From NCBI GenBank assembly GCA_965140585.1, contig OZ223267.1, forward strand, positions 224,001-288,000: 64,000 nt of DNA, read 5' to 3'. Position numbers and translations under genes: made by a program. This document shows, one piece after another, positions 46,418 through 57,126 of this stretch. The stretch is from Spirochaetia bacterium (GTDB lineage: Bacteria; Spirochaetota; Spirochaetia; UBA9216). Each line of letters begins with the position of its first letter. Position 1 is the stretch's first letter. The notes beneath the pieces are model-generated. The model had not been told where the DNA came from, searched no databases, and saw only the letters and a program-made list of their open reading frames with translations.

Positions 46418-47557
46418 ATGAGCGGAAAGTTCGAACTGGAAAAAGTTCAGGGTGGAAAAAGTGATTATATTTTATTTCTCCTTATTGCGGTGCTGGCAGG
46501 TGTAGGCTTTTCCGCGCTTTTTTCATCTTCATATTTCTACGCCGGAAAGTATTTTAATGACAGTCTTCTATTTATAAGAAAGCAGCTTATACTTGGCGGT
46601 GCCGGTGTTGCCTGCGGAATAATTGCAAGCAGAATCTCCACTGATTTTATCAGAAAATATACTCCTGCTTTTCTTCTGTTGACTATGTTGCTGATTCTTG
46701 TCACTTTTATTCCTGGGGTAGGCGAGCGTATTCTCGGAGCCCGGAGATGGATTTTTCTTTTCGGTTTTTCATTTCAGCCTTCTGAGCTCGCAAAACTTGC
46801 GGTTATACTTTATCTTGCTCATATTTTCGATAAAAAACAGGAGCGGATGGGTGATATTGCCAATTCCATAATTCCTCCTTTTATTATTGTCGGTGTAACT
46901 GTGGGCCTGGTTTTTCTGCAGAATGACTTTTCAACTGCTTTGTTTATACTTGTTGTCAGTCTGCTGATGTTCTACCTTGCAGGAGTTCCTTTTCTGTATT
47001 TTATCTTTCTGCTTACAGCTATTGTGCCGCTCTCAATTATCCTTTTGTTTACCAAACCACACAGGGTTGAAAGGCTGATAGCTTTCATTAATCCTGAAAC
47101 CGACCCCGTCGGTTCAGGGTATCAGATTATGGCTGCTCAGTCCGCACTTGAGAACGGAGGGTTCTGGGGGCTTGGTATAGGGCAGGGAATAAAGAAGATG
47201 GGCGGTCTTCCCGAGGTTCATTCAGACTTTATTTTCGCTTCACTTGCCGAAGAGGCCGGTTTTGTCGGCATATTATGTGTTCTTGCACTGTTTATCGGTT
47301 TTGCAATCCGTGCATATTACAGAGGTGTTAAATCAGAAAGCAGATATGAATTCCTTCTGGTCTTCGGTCTTACTACCTGTATTCTTTATCAGGCAATGTT
47401 CAATATTGCTGTTGTTGCCGGGCTCGTACCCGCTACCGGTATACCGCTCCCGTTTTTTTCATCAGGGGGTTCTTCATTATTTGTAACTTTTATTATGTGC
47501 GGTCTTCTTATGGGGATTACGCGTCGTCAGAACGAAACCGAGGCAGGGCTACTATGA
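46418..47557 (+). CDS. ftsW: SEDS family peptidoglycan polymerase FtsW
   Basis: GARRWI, QPSELAK, LPEVHSDFI, TGIPLPFFSSGG. Confidence 0.92.
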   Translation: MSGKFELEKVQGGKSDYILFLLIAVLAGVGFSALFSSSYFYAGKYFNDSLLFIRKQLILGGAGVACGIIASRISTDFIRKYTPAFLLLTMLLILVTFIPGVGERILGARRWIFLFGFSFQPSELAKLAVILYLAHIFDKKQERMGDIANSIIPPFIIVGVTVGLVFLQNDFSTALFILVVSLLMFYLAGVPFLYFIFLLTAIVPLSIILLFTKPHRVERLIAFINPETDPVGSGYQIMAAQSALENGGFWGLGIGQGIKKMGGLPEVHSDFIFASLAEEAGFVGILCVLALFIGFAIRAYYRGVKSESRYEFLLVFGLTTCILYQAMFNIAVVAGLVPATGIPLPFFSSGGSSLFVTFIMCGLLMGITRRQNETEAGLL

Positions 47558-48453
47558 GTAATTTACAGCATTTTGAGCATTACAATGATTTTACATATTC
47601 TTCAGGGCAGGGTGCCCATACGGGGACTGTAAAGGCTCCGGAAAACTCCCGCAGGCTTAGCGAGGCCGCAAGGATAGAGAACAAAAAGGCTAAAGCAGTA
47701 AAGGTTCTTAAGGCTTCAATAATAGTTCTTGCATTTATTCTTATTATGCAGCTTGCCTACCACCTGTATTTTGCCGGAAATATTGTAATAAAGCATTTGG
47801 TGATTGATACTGGTTCAGATTTACAGCTTTCAGAGGCTCAGCTGCTGAAGATGGCAGGACTTAAAGGCAGTCAGTCTTTTTTCAGTGTGGATACCGCTGT
47901 AATTGAACAGAACCTGGAACGTTATCCTCAGGTTCAGTCAGCCTATGCTCAGAAAAAATTTCCGGACACTCTTGTTGTTTCTGTTAAGGGCAGAACTCCG
48001 CTTGCACTATGCATAGTTGAAAACGGCGAGGGGACTCTTCCTGTAACGGTGGATAAAGAGGGAGTGATATTTCAGGCCGGTGAAAACGTTACGGATCTGA
48101 ATCTCCCTGTTCTGTCGGGAATAAAGTTCTCGGATGCCGGTCTTGGAGTTGTTCTGCCGGGGCCGGTTGTAAGCTTTTTGTCGGGGCTGGACAGCCTGTA
48201 CCGGGAATCTCCAGAGTTTTACAATATGATTTCGGAACTCAAGTTCATAAAAAAAGACAATGATGATTTCGACGTGTTGATGTATCCTCAAAATTATAGT
48301 ATCCCTGTGAGGATAGGAAAAAGAATAGACAAGGAACTGTTGACCTACGTGGTTCTTGTTCTTGATGTAGTTAAGACTCAGGGGCTCGAACCCCAGATTG
48401 AAGAACTCGATTTCAGAACAGATGAAGTTGTCTACAGGGTTAGGGGGAACTGA
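47554..48453 (+). CDS. ftsQ: Cell division protein FtsQ/DivIB
   Basis: TM helix, POTRA-like P.V.SA...KKFPDTL, C-terminal LDFR. Confidence 0.85.
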   Translation: MSNLQHFEHYNDFTYSSGQGAHTGTVKAPENSRRLSEAARIENKKAKAVKVLKASIIVLAFILIMQLAYHLYFAGNIVIKHLVIDTGSDLQLSEAQLLKMAGLKGSQSFFSVDTAVIEQNLERYPQVQSAYAQKKFPDTLVVSVKGRTPLALCIVENGEGTLPVTVDKEGVIFQAGENVTDLNLPVLSGIKFSDAGLGVVLPGPVVSFLSGLDSLYRESPEFYNMISELKFIKKDNDDFDVLMYPQNYSIPVRIGKRIDKELLTYVVLVLDVVKTQGLEPQIEELDFRTDEVVYRVRGN

Positions 48454-48454
48454 C

Positions 48455-49690
48455 TTGCCAGCTGAAGATTTAATTGTCGGTCTTGATATAGGTACTACCA
48501 AGGTTTGTGCCGTTATCGGGGAAATAAACGACAGCGGTAAAATTGAAATAGTCGGTATCGGAACCGCGCCTTCTGAAGGTCTTAGAAAGGGTGTAGTGAT
48601 CAATATTGAATCTACACTGAAGGCTGTAACAAAGGCTATTGAGGCTGCCGAAATGATGTCAGGACGTGAAGTGTCCTCAGTAATCACAGGTATTGCGGGC
48701 TCACATGTTGAAGGTATCAATTCCAGAGGTGTTGTCGCTGTCTCCGGGCGTGATCGCGAAATAACCGCGGAGGACGTACGGCGTGTAATTGAGGCAGCCC
48801 GGGCAGTTGTTATTCCGATGGACAGGGAAGTTCTGCATGTAATACCCCAGGAATATATAGTTGATGATCAGGGCGGAATAAAAGATCCGCTCGATATGAT
48901 TGGAATAAGGCTTGAAGCGGAAGTCCATATAATTACCGGTTCGGTAACCTCCGCCCAGAACCTGCTTAAATGTGTAAACAGAGCCGGATTCAGGGTAGAG
49001 GATATAGTTTTGGAGTCAATTGCCTCAGCCAGGGCTGTTCTTTCTGAAGAAGAGAAGGAACTCGGCGTTCTGATGATTGACCTCGGCGGCGGAACAACTG
49101 ATGTGCTTGTCTATGTTGACGGTTCTCCCTACCATACGGACGTAGTTGCGGTAGGCGGAGAGCAGGTTACAAGCGATATTTCCATAGTTCTGAAAACTCC
49201 TGCCGAATTTGCGGAAAAACTTAAAAAGGAATCAGGCTGCTGCTATATGCCGCTTGTTGATCCGACCGAAGAAATCCTTCTTCCGGGTGTGGGAGGCTGG
49301 CCTTCAGCATCCATTCCCAAGGCTGAACTCTGTAAGATTATACAGCCCAGGATGGCTGAAACCTTCTCAATGATACGGGACAAGATGCACCGAAAGGGCT
49401 ACCTTAATCACCTGCGCGGCGGTGTTGTTCTGACCGGCGGCGGGTCGATGATGCCCGGTGCTGCTGAGCTTGCAAGAGAAATCTTCGGGGTTCCGGCAAG
49501 AATCGGCTATCCCTTTGAACTTGGAGGGCTTGTGCAGGAATACCGGAATCCGATGTATTCGACTGCAGTAGGCCTTGTGATGTATGGTGATGAGATCGCC
49601 GATAAGGATAAAATTCATAAAAAAGGCGGAAGACGGTCGAAAGACGGTGCTGGAAGCCGGTTTATGAACTGGATGAAAGAATTTTTTTAA
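48455..49690 (+). CDS. ftsA: Cell division protein FtsA
   Basis: [32 protein letters not shown]; probable TTG start after GGGGG. Confidence 0.95.
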   Translation: MPAEDLIVGLDIGTTKVCAVIGEINDSGKIEIVGIGTAPSEGLRKGVVINIESTLKAVTKAIEAAEMMSGREVSSVITGIAGSHVEGINSRGVVAVSGRDREITAEDVRRVIEAARAVVIPMDREVLHVIPQEYIVDDQGGIKDPLDMIGIRLEAEVHIITGSVTSAQNLLKCVNRAGFRVEDIVLESIASARAVLSEEEKELGVLMIDLGGGTTDVLVYVDGSPYHTDVVAVGGEQVTSDISIVLKTPAEFAEKLKKESGCCYMPLVDPTEEILLPGVGGWPSASIPKAELCKIIQPRMAETFSMIRDKMHRKGYLNHLRGGVVLTGGGSMMPGAAELAREIFGVPARIGYPFELGGLVQEYRNPMYSTAVGLVMYGDEIADKDKIHKKGGRRSKDGAGSRFMNWMKEFF

Positions 49691-49767
49691 AAAAGGTTCT
49701 GTTTTGTTCTGGTAAAAAAGGGCAGGACCGTTGTAATATATTTAAAGCTTCTGGGAGGGGGCAGCAA

Positions 49768-50943
49768 ATGAATATAGAGCTGGTCGAAGATAGATTCGGC
49801 GGGGAAATGACCAGCCCCACCGTAATCAAAGTAATCGGTGTAGGCGGCGGCGGAAACAATGCTGTTAACCGGATGATATCTAGCGGTTTAAAAAATGTTG
49901 AATTTCTTGCAGTAAATACTGATCTTCAGGCACTTAAACTTTCCAGTGCCGAAATGAAAATGCCTATAGGAACAAAACTCACAGGCGGGCTCGGAGCAGG
50001 CGGAAATCCCGAAATAGGGCAAAATGCCGCAATTGAGAGTACCGAAGAACTGCGCAATGCCCTTAGAGGCGCTGATATGGTTTTTATCACTGCCGGAATG
50101 GGCGGTGGAACCGGAACCGGTGCAGCCGCGGTTGTTGCCCAGATAGCAAGGGAGCTTGATGCCCTTACTGTTGCTGTCGTCACAAAGCCCTTTACTTTTG
50201 AGGGCGCAAAAAAAATGAAACTCGCTGAGCAGGGAATCGAAAAGCTAAGAAAAGCTGTTGATACGCTCATTATTATACCTAACCAGTATCTCCTTAAAAT
50301 CGTTGAACGTAAAACCCCGATAAAAGAAGCTTTCAGAATCGCTGATGATGTTCTGCGCCAGGGTGTTCAGGGTATTTCTGACCTGATCACTGAAGCAGGT
50401 GAGATAAATATCGACTTTGCTGATGTCAGAACCATTATGAAAGGCCAGGGTGACGCCCTCATGGGTATCGGAACAGGCCGGGGTGATAACAGGGCTGTTG
50501 ATGCTGCAACTAATGCAATCAATAATCCGCTGCTTGAAGACGCAAGAATTGAAGGTGCCAGAGGCATACTTGTAAGCGTTACAGGCGGAGAGGATTTTTC
50601 ACTTGCAGAATACGAAGAGATCCTTAATATTATAACCACAAACGCAGACAAGGATGCAATGATTATCTCGGGTACAGCAACTGATCCGACTCTTGAAGAT
50701 GAAGTCAAGGTTACTGTTATTGCTACCGGTTCATCCGATGAGATCGAAGCGATTGTTGAAGAATCATGCGAAGAACCTGAAGCAAAGAGTCAGGAAGTCG
50801 TTGGTTATAAAGAGTGGATTGAGATGCAGTCAGGACTGACAAAAAATAATCAGGTGTCATCACTTTCCAGAAGAAACTCTCTTTTTGATGAAGATTTGGG
50901 GATTCCGACTGTTTTCAGGTCTGAGATGTCAAAAGAAAGCTGA
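49768..50943 (+). CDS. ftsZ: Cell division protein FtsZ
   Basis: [27 protein letters not shown]-terminal L.IPT.FR. Confidence 0.97.
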   Translation: MNIELVEDRFGGEMTSPTVIKVIGVGGGGNNAVNRMISSGLKNVEFLAVNTDLQALKLSSAEMKMPIGTKLTGGLGAGGNPEIGQNAAIESTEELRNALRGADMVFITAGMGGGTGTGAAAVVAQIARELDALTVAVVTKPFTFEGAKKMKLAEQGIEKLRKAVDTLIIIPNQYLLKIVERKTPIKEAFRIADDVLRQGVQGISDLITEAGEINIDFADVRTIMKGQGDALMGIGTGRGDNRAVDAATNAINNPLLEDARIEGARGILVSVTGGEDFSLAEYEEILNIITTNADKDAMIISGTATDPTLEDEVKVTVIATGSSDEIEAIVEESCEEPEAKSQEVVGYKEWIEMQSGLTKNNQVSSLSRRNSLFDEDLGIPTVFRSEMSKES

Positions 50944-50959
50944 TTAACGGCTTTTTGTC

Positions 50960-51862
50960 ATGAATGTAGACAGAATCCTTTCAGATTATGCAGATTATTT
51001 AAGACTCGATCTAAGGTTAAGCCGGAATACTGTGGAAGCCTACATCCGCGGCTGTTCCGGATTCCTGAATTCCGTCAATGGAAGGGTGGATTCCCTTGCC
51101 GATATCGAGGCCTCCGATATAATTGTATACCTCAGCGAAAAACAGACTGATGATTCAGAAGGCAAGGGTGTAAGCCAGCGGACTGTTTCCCGTATCCTGA
51201 GTTCACTCAGATCCTTCTTTAACTTTCTGATTATTGAAAAAGTCCGTGAAGACAACCCGGCCCGTATGGTTGATATGCCGAGGGTCCGCAAGAAGCTTCC
51301 CGGAGTTCTGTCTGTTGAGGAAATCGACAGTTTCCTGTCCTTCATTGATATTGAAAAACCCTCGGGACTGCGTGACCGTGCGCTGTTTGAGCTGATTTAC
51401 TCCTGCGGACTTCGCGTCTCAGAGGCGGTCTCTCTTAATTTTGGCGGCCTTTTTCTGAGCGAAGGCTTGATAAGGGTTCACGGCAAGGGTGAGAAAGATC
51501 GCTTTGTCCCTCTGGGTGATGAAGGGCTTTTCTGGCTTAAACGGTACATCGATGAAGCAAGACCGCTTTTGTGCAAAAAAGCCGATAATTCGGGAATGGT
51601 CTTCCTGAATTATCGGGGCGATCCGCTTACAAGAAAGGGAATGTGGAAACGCTTTCATGCAATCGCCGAAAAGGCAGGAGTAAAGGCCAAGATTCATACA
51701 CTCAGACATTCATTTGCAACACATCTCCTGCAGGGCGGAGCCGATCTTAGATCTGTACAGGAACTGCTGGGTCATACAGATATTTCAACTACTCAGATTT
51801 ATACACATCTCAGCCGTGAAGACCTGAAGAACAGTCATATGAGGTATCATCCGAGAGGATGA
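50960..51862 (+). CDS. xerD: Tyrosine recombinase XerD-like
   Basis: [40 protein letters not shown]. Confidence 0.85.
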   Translation: MNVDRILSDYADYLRLDLRLSRNTVEAYIRGCSGFLNSVNGRVDSLADIEASDIIVYLSEKQTDDSEGKGVSQRTVSRILSSLRSFFNFLIIEKVREDNPARMVDMPRVRKKLPGVLSVEEIDSFLSFIDIEKPSGLRDRALFELIYSCGLRVSEAVSLNFGGLFLSEGLIRVHGKGEKDRFVPLGDEGLFWLKRYIDEARPLLCKKADNSGMVFLNYRGDPLTRKGMWKRFHAIAEKAGVKAKIHTLRHSFATHLLQGGADLRSVQELLGHTDISTTQIYTHLSREDLKNSHMRYHPRG

Positions 51863-51876
51863 AGGACGGAACGTTT

Positions 51877-52596
51877 ATGAAGACATTTTTCAGAACAGCC
51901 ATAATCCTCATTATCCTTCTGCCGGCTCTTTCATGCAGCGGTGAACGCAGTACCTGGCTTGATAACCTTACTGCAGCAGAGAAGAAGGAATACAAGACCG
52001 ATCAGATTCCTGAACAGCGTATAGATGAACTTAAGCAGGGAATAAAGGAATATGAAGCAGAGGTTGCGCGTACTGTAAAAGCTGCCAAGCAGATTGGCAT
52101 CTATTACCGTATGCTCGCCCTCGAATACATGAGTCTTGAAATGTATAACGAGGCTCTGAACAGTCTTGAGCAGGCTGTTAAATATTTTCCGACCAGCCCC
52201 ATGCTTTACTATTACGCCGCAATTTCTGCCGGCCAGATGAAAGAAGCTGTTTTTTCAAAGCAGGAAGCAGACTCATATATAGCAGAGGCAGAGAAAATGT
52301 ATCTTCGGGCTGTCAATCTTGATCCAGGATATAAGGAAGCTCTCTACGGGCTCTCAGTACTCTATGTGTTTGAACTTGAGCGGCCTCTGGATGCGGAACC
52401 CCTGCTGGAAAGACTTGTTTCAATGGAACAGAAGAATTTCAATGCTATGTTTCTGCTTGCAAGGGTTAAGGTTGTAAAGGGTGATTACGATTCTGCTGTT
52501 GATATTTATATGGATATTGAAAGCAGAACAGCGGATGAGGAAGTCAAGGCAAAGGCTGCTGATAATATCAGACAGCTTTCAGGAGGCAGGGGATGA
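51877..52596 (+). CDS. TPR-repeat lipoprotein
   Basis: Lipobox ALSC and TPR-like helices. The start may be 51859. Confidence 0.8.
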   Translation: MKTFFRTAIILIILLPALSCSGERSTWLDNLTAAEKKEYKTDQIPEQRIDELKQGIKEYEAEVARTVKAAKQIGIYYRMLALEYMSLEMYNEALNSLEQAVKYFPTSPMLYYYAAISAGQMKEAVFSKQEADSYIAEAEKMYLRAVNLDPGYKEALYGLSVLYVFELERPLDAEPLLERLVSMEQKNFNAMFLLARVKVVKGDYDSAVDIYMDIESRTADEEVKAKAADNIRQLSGGRG

Positions 52597-53633
52597 GCGA
52601 TCTGCAGCTTGATATACTTATCAGCCGTTATTCTTTTTTACGGACTGAAGAGAAGCTTCTTGTCCGTGATGTGGCAGGCTCTTCACAGCAGCTGTTGGAA
52701 CTGAATGTCCAGGATATAGCCGGAATAATAGGCCGGAAGCCGCAGATTCGGACCTGGAAAAGGGAAAAAGCGTTAAAAGAGACTGAAAACATACTTAAAC
52801 ATCTTGCCGAGGGGCGTGTTAAATGTTTATTTTTGCATGAAAAGGAATATCCTTTTCTGCTGTCTCAGCTTTATAACCCTCCATATGTACTTTATTACAG
52901 GGGCGCATCGCCCGGAAGTATATGCAAATGCGTAGGAATAGTTGGTACCAGACTACCGTCAGGCGGTGGAATAGATACGGCTTTTACGCTTGGTTTTAAA
53001 CTGGGAATGAAATCAGTTTCTGCTGTTTCAGGGCTTGCTCTGGGAATTGATGCTGCGGCTCATGCTGGAAATATCGCAGCGAAAGTTCCTTCCGTAGCAG
53101 TTCTTGGATGCGGACCGGACAGGATTTATCCGTCATCCAACAGGAAACTTGCCGGCAGGCTGCTTGAAACAGGCGGATGCATATGCAGTGAGTATCCCCC
53201 CGGGACAGAGCCTTTAAAATTTCATTTTCCGGAGAGGAACCGTATTGTGAGTGGACTTTCGGACGGTGTTGTGGTTGTTGAAGCTCCTTCAAAGTCCGGA
53301 GCCCTTATCACAGCCGATTTTGCAATTGAGCAGAACAGGGAACTTTTTATACATTCTTCAGCTTTGAAATTTGGAAGTGAACGAATAATGAATTATGTTT
53401 TTGAAGGGGCCAGTGTTATAAACCATGCCGGAGAGATCGTTGAATCTCTTTATTCGGCGGCTGAACGCTGGGATTTCGGTTCGAAAACCCCTGAATATGC
53501 ATTGAACTCTGTAGGAACAGGTTTAATGCTGGCCGACAGGCTTCGTAATGAACTTGGAGGCAAAGAAATTAGATTTAATGGTAAATATTTCAGGAGAGCG
53601 GGTTATGAAAGTTCATACTCTACTCATAGTTGA
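52593..53633 (+). CDS. dprA: DNA-processing protein DprA (Smf)
   Basis: YP..L....PP..LYYRG, IVGTR, VSGLALGIDAAAH, FPERNRIVSG, SGALITA. Confidence 0.93.
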   Translation: MSDLQLDILISRYSFLRTEEKLLVRDVAGSSQQLLELNVQDIAGIIGRKPQIRTWKREKALKETENILKHLAEGRVKCLFLHEKEYPFLLSQLYNPPYVLYYRGASPGSICKCVGIVGTRLPSGGGIDTAFTLGFKLGMKSVSAVSGLALGIDAAAHAGNIAAKVPSVAVLGCGPDRIYPSSNRKLAGRLLETGGCICSEYPPGTEPLKFHFPERNRIVSGLSDGVVVVEAPSKSGALITADFAIEQNRELFIHSSALKFGSERIMNYVFEGASVINHAGEIVESLYSAAERWDFGSKTPEYALNSVGTGLMLADRLRNELGGKEIRFNGKYFRRAGYESSYSTHS

Positions 53634-55698
53634 GTCACCGGCAAAGGCAACAACAATTGAGCGGTATCTCGGGCCGGGTTATACCGTCTCAGCATCAATG
53701 GGACATCTTATTGATCTTCCGAAATCCAGAATTGCGATTGACGAAAAAAATAATTTTGAACCGGAATATATTACGGTTCGCGGAAAGGCAAAGATTCTTA
53801 AAGAGCTTCAGTCCAAGGCTAATAAGGCCGGACATGTTCTTCTTGCATCTGATAATGACCGTGAAGGGGAGGCCATTGCCTACCATCTCAGGAATTCGCT
53901 GGTAAAGAAAAACGATAAGCTCAAGATTGAGCGTATCATCTTCAACGAGATTACCCCCGGAGCAATCAAGGACGCGGTAGCGCATCCTCTTGCGATTGAT
54001 GAAGAGAAGGTTAATGCGCAGAAGGCACGGAGAGTCCTCGACAGGCTTGTCGGATACAACCTTTCACCGCTTCTTTGGTCGAAAGTTAAAAACGGACTTT
54101 CCGCGGGGCGTGTACAGTCTGTTGCGCTTCGTCTCATTTGCGAGCGTGAAAAAGAGGTTGAAAGCTTTATTCCCGAAGAATACTGGACCCTCGACGGTGA
54201 GTTTTCAAAGGGCAAGACTACCTTTCCTGCTCAGCTGGTCTCTTTCAAGGGGGAGAAGCCTGAAATAAAGAGTGAAGAATCTGTAAATGATATTATCAAC
54301 TCACTAAAAGACCTTGATGCTGTTGTAACCGGTGTAAAAGGCACTGAAAAACAGATTAAGCCAAAGGCTCCCTTTACAACATCTACTCTTCAGCAGACTG
54401 CTGCAAACAGGCTCGGCTTTACATCAAGAAAAACGATGCAGATTGCCCAGCAGCTGTATGAAGGTATCAATATTGATTCAAGCCGTGTCGGTCTTATTAC
54501 CTACATGAGAACGGACTCTACACGTATTTCCGATCAGGCGATTGGCGAGGTTCGCGACTGGATTGAAAAAAATCATCCTGCCGAACTCCCTGAACAGCCT
54601 GCATCCTACTCACCCAAGAAAAATGCTCAGGATGCACATGAGGCAATCAGGCCCACTTATATTCAGTACACTCCTGATGATATGAAGCAGCACCTCACCA
54701 GGGATCAGCACAAGCTGTATTCCATTATCTGGGAAAGATTCACATCCTGTCAGATGAAGAACGCAAAGACGCTGACTACATCATATGATATAACAGTTGG
54801 AGATGCGGTTTTCAGAATCAGTTCAACCAAATCGGTTGAGAAGGGCTTTCAGAAAGTTATAAAAACGCTCAAAGCCAAGGAAAAATCGGTAAAAGTCCCC
54901 TCCATGGCTGAAGGTGATGTTCTTAAAACCGAGGACTTTGCAGCGAACCAGCATTTTACAACCGGTCCGGCCAGATTTACCGATGCCAGTATCGTCAAAA
55001 TGCTTGAGGAAAAGGGTATCGGAAGGCCGTCAACCTATGCCCCGATTATTTCTGTTCTGCTGGACCGTTACTATGTCGTAAGGCGGAACAAGCAGCTGAT
55101 GCCTACAACTCTCGGGCGGATCATCTCAGACTTGCTTGTAACTCAGTTTCCCGATGTCGTAAACGTTGATTTTACAGCCGGTATGGAGCAGAACCTTGAC
55201 CGTGTTGAAGAAGACGGTATGGAATGGCATCAGATGATAGCCGGCTTCTACGGCCCCTTCAAGGATCGGGTAGAGCATGTTAATGAAACCCTTGAATCAA
55301 TCAAGGGTGTGCTTGATGAGCCAACCGACGAGGTCTGTGAAAAATGCGGGAACCCGATGGTTAAAAAGCTCGGCCGCTTCGGATTCTTCCTGGCTTGTAC
55401 CGGGTTTCCTGAATGCCGCAATACCAAGGCCGTACCGCTGGCCGACTGTCCTCGTGAAGGCTGTGACGGCAAAATTGTTGCCAGACGAAAGGCCGGCGGC
55501 AAGGGCAAGGAATTCTACGGCTGTACCAATTACCCCGAATGTGATTTTATCAGTCACTTCAAGCCGACCAGTTCCAACTGTCCGAAATGCGGATACTTCC
55601 TGGTTGAAAAGAACGACAAGAAAACGGGTTCGGTAAAAGCCTGTATAAATCCTGAATGTGATTTCCTGCATACTCATGAGGAGGAAAATGAAGGCTGA
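53605..55698 (+). CDS. topA: DNA topoisomerase I
   Basis: IVESPAKA, DNDREGEAI, SAGRVQS, ITYMRTDS, GIGRPSTY, C-terminal zinc ribbons. Confidence 0.96.
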   Translation: MKVHTLLIVESPAKATTIERYLGPGYTVSASMGHLIDLPKSRIAIDEKNNFEPEYITVRGKAKILKELQSKANKAGHVLLASDNDREGEAIAYHLRNSLVKKNDKLKIERIIFNEITPGAIKDAVAHPLAIDEEKVNAQKARRVLDRLVGYNLSPLLWSKVKNGLSAGRVQSVALRLICEREKEVESFIPEEYWTLDGEFSKGKTTFPAQLVSFKGEKPEIKSEESVNDIINSLKDLDAVVTGVKGTEKQIKPKAPFTTSTLQQTAANRLGFTSRKTMQIAQQLYEGINIDSSRVGLITYMRTDSTRISDQAIGEVRDWIEKNHPAELPEQPASYSPKKNAQDAHEAIRPTYIQYTPDDMKQHLTRDQHKLYSIIWERFTSCQMKNAKTLTTSYDITVGDAVFRISSTKSVEKGFQKVIKTLKAKEKSVKVPSMAEGDVLKTEDFAANQHFTTGPARFTDASIVKMLEEKGIGRPSTYAPIISVLLDRYYVVRRNKQLMPTTLGRIISDLLVTQFPDVVNVDFTAGMEQNLDRVEEDGMEWHQMIAGFYGPFKDRVEHVNETLESIKGVLDEPTDEVCEKCGNPMVKKLGRFGFFLACTGFPECRNTKAVPLADCPREGCDGKIVARRKAGGKGKEFYGCTNYPECDFISHFKPTSSNCPKCGYFLVEKNDKKTGSVKACINPECDFLHTHEEENEG

Positions 55699-56596
55699 GG
55701 AATACCTCAACTATCTTAAAAATCTCAGAAACTATTCTTCCGCTACGGTGAAGGCATATTCGGAAGACCTGCAGAAATTTGAAGCCTATCTGAATGCTGA
55801 AGGTCTTGATTCCGATGAACCGGGAACCACTGCAGCCAGAAGGTTTATTTCAGGCCTGTCTGCCGACGGAATGAGTAAGACCTCGGTAAACCGGATAATG
55901 TCTTCTCTGAAAGGGTACTACCGCTATCTTATAAAGCGGGGCTATACAGATGTGAATCCCTTTGAGAACATCCGCAGTCTGAAGAAGAACAGGACTCTTC
56001 CTGAGTACCTTTTTGAAGCAGAGATTGACAGCCTTCTAAAGCTTCCGGGCAATGATTTTGCCGGGCTTCGCGACCGCTTCATCCTTGAACTTCTATATTC
56101 AACCGGCTGCCGTGTGTCCGAAGTATCAGGCGCAGGGCTTTCGGACCTTGATATTAAATCAAAGACCCTCCGTGTATGCGGAAAGGGTGGAAAGGAAAGA
56201 ATCGTCTACCTCGGAAATGAGGCTATGAAGGCTCTTGCAGGATATCTGCCTTTAAGGAATATACGGGCCGACAAGACGGATCAGGATGCGCTTAATGCCC
56301 TGCTTATTAATGTACGGGGCAGACGGATAACTCAGCGCGGAATAGCGCTCATAATTGAAAAGTATATTAAGGTTTCGGGAATATCAAAGAAAGTAAGCCC
56401 TCATACATTCAGGCACAGCTTTGCCACTCATCTTGTGGATCATGGTGCAGATATCCGAATGGTGCAGGAAATGCTTGGTCATGAGAGTCTTTCAACCACC
56501 CAGATTTATACTCATATGGGGATTGAAAAACTGAGAAATGTTTACAGACAGGCTCATCCTCATGCCGGCAAACAAAATGACGGAGTTTCAAATTGA
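55688..56596 (+). CDS. xerC: Tyrosine recombinase XerC-like
   Basis: [42 protein letters not shown]. Confidence 0.85.
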   Translation: MKAEEYLNYLKNLRNYSSATVKAYSEDLQKFEAYLNAEGLDSDEPGTTAARRFISGLSADGMSKTSVNRIMSSLKGYYRYLIKRGYTDVNPFENIRSLKKNRTLPEYLFEAEIDSLLKLPGNDFAGLRDRFILELLYSTGCRVSEVSGAGLSDLDIKSKTLRVCGKGGKERIVYLGNEAMKALAGYLPLRNIRADKTDQDALNALLINVRGRRITQRGIALIIEKYIKVSGISKKVSPHTFRHSFATHLVDHGADIRMVQEMLGHESLSTTQIYTHMGIEKLRNVYRQAHPHAGKQNDGVSN

Positions 56597-57126
56597 AAAT
56601 TAGATCAACAACAATTATAGCAGTCAAAAAAGACGGAAAAACAGCCATGGCCGGTGACGGACAGGTAACCCTTGGTGAAACAGTGATGAAGGGAAATGCC
56701 CGGAAGGTAAAGACTATTTACGGCGGAAAGATTCTCACCGGATTTGCGGGCGCAACTGCAGATGCCTTTACCCTGTTTGAACGCTTTGAGGGCAAGGTTA
56801 ATGAATATAACGGAGATATTACCCGTGCAGCAGTAGAGCTGGCAAAGCAGTGGCGGACCGACCGGATGCTCAGCAAGCTTGAAGCTATGCTTCTTGTCGC
56901 AGATAAAGAAAAAATTCTCTTAATCTCCGGAACCGGCGATGTTATTGAGCCGGAAGAGGGCGTGCTGGCAATCGGTTCAGGCGGAAACTATGCATACGCA
57001 GGCGCACTGGCGTTTCTTTCAACTGAGAACGAACTGAGCGCAAAGGATATTGCCCTCAAATCACTTGAGATAGCATCCAGAATATGTATTTACACCAACA
57101 GCAGCTTTGTAGTGGAGGAAGTCTGA
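56593..57126 (+). CDS. hslV: ATP-dependent protease peptidase subunit HslV
   Basis: STTI..., AGDGQVT, GFAG..ADAF, IGSGG.YA, CIYTN. Confidence 0.95.
   Translation: MKIRSTTIIAVKKDGKTAMAGDGQVTLGETVMKGNARKVKTIYGGKILTGFAGATADAFTLFERFEGKVNEYNGDITRAAVELAKQWRTDRMLSKLEAMLLVADKEKILLISGTGDVIEPEEGVLAIGSGGNYAYAGALAFLSTENELSAKDIALKSLEIASRICIYTNSSFVVEEV

Noticed and set aside
49691-49767. Possible sigma28 promoter between ftsA and ftsZ
   Set aside because: TAAA and CCGTTGTA are present, but the spacing and the -10 match are too poor to support a call.
42220-50943. Absence of ftsI, murE, murD, murG and murC from the dcw cluster
   Set aside because: A reduced dcw cluster of this form is normal for spirochaetes.
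50960-56596. Two tyrosine recombinases flanking dprA-topA as a possible integrative element
   Set aside because: They look like housekeeping XerD/XerC in the usual spirochaetal ftsZ-to-flgB gene order, with no att repeats or cargo genes.
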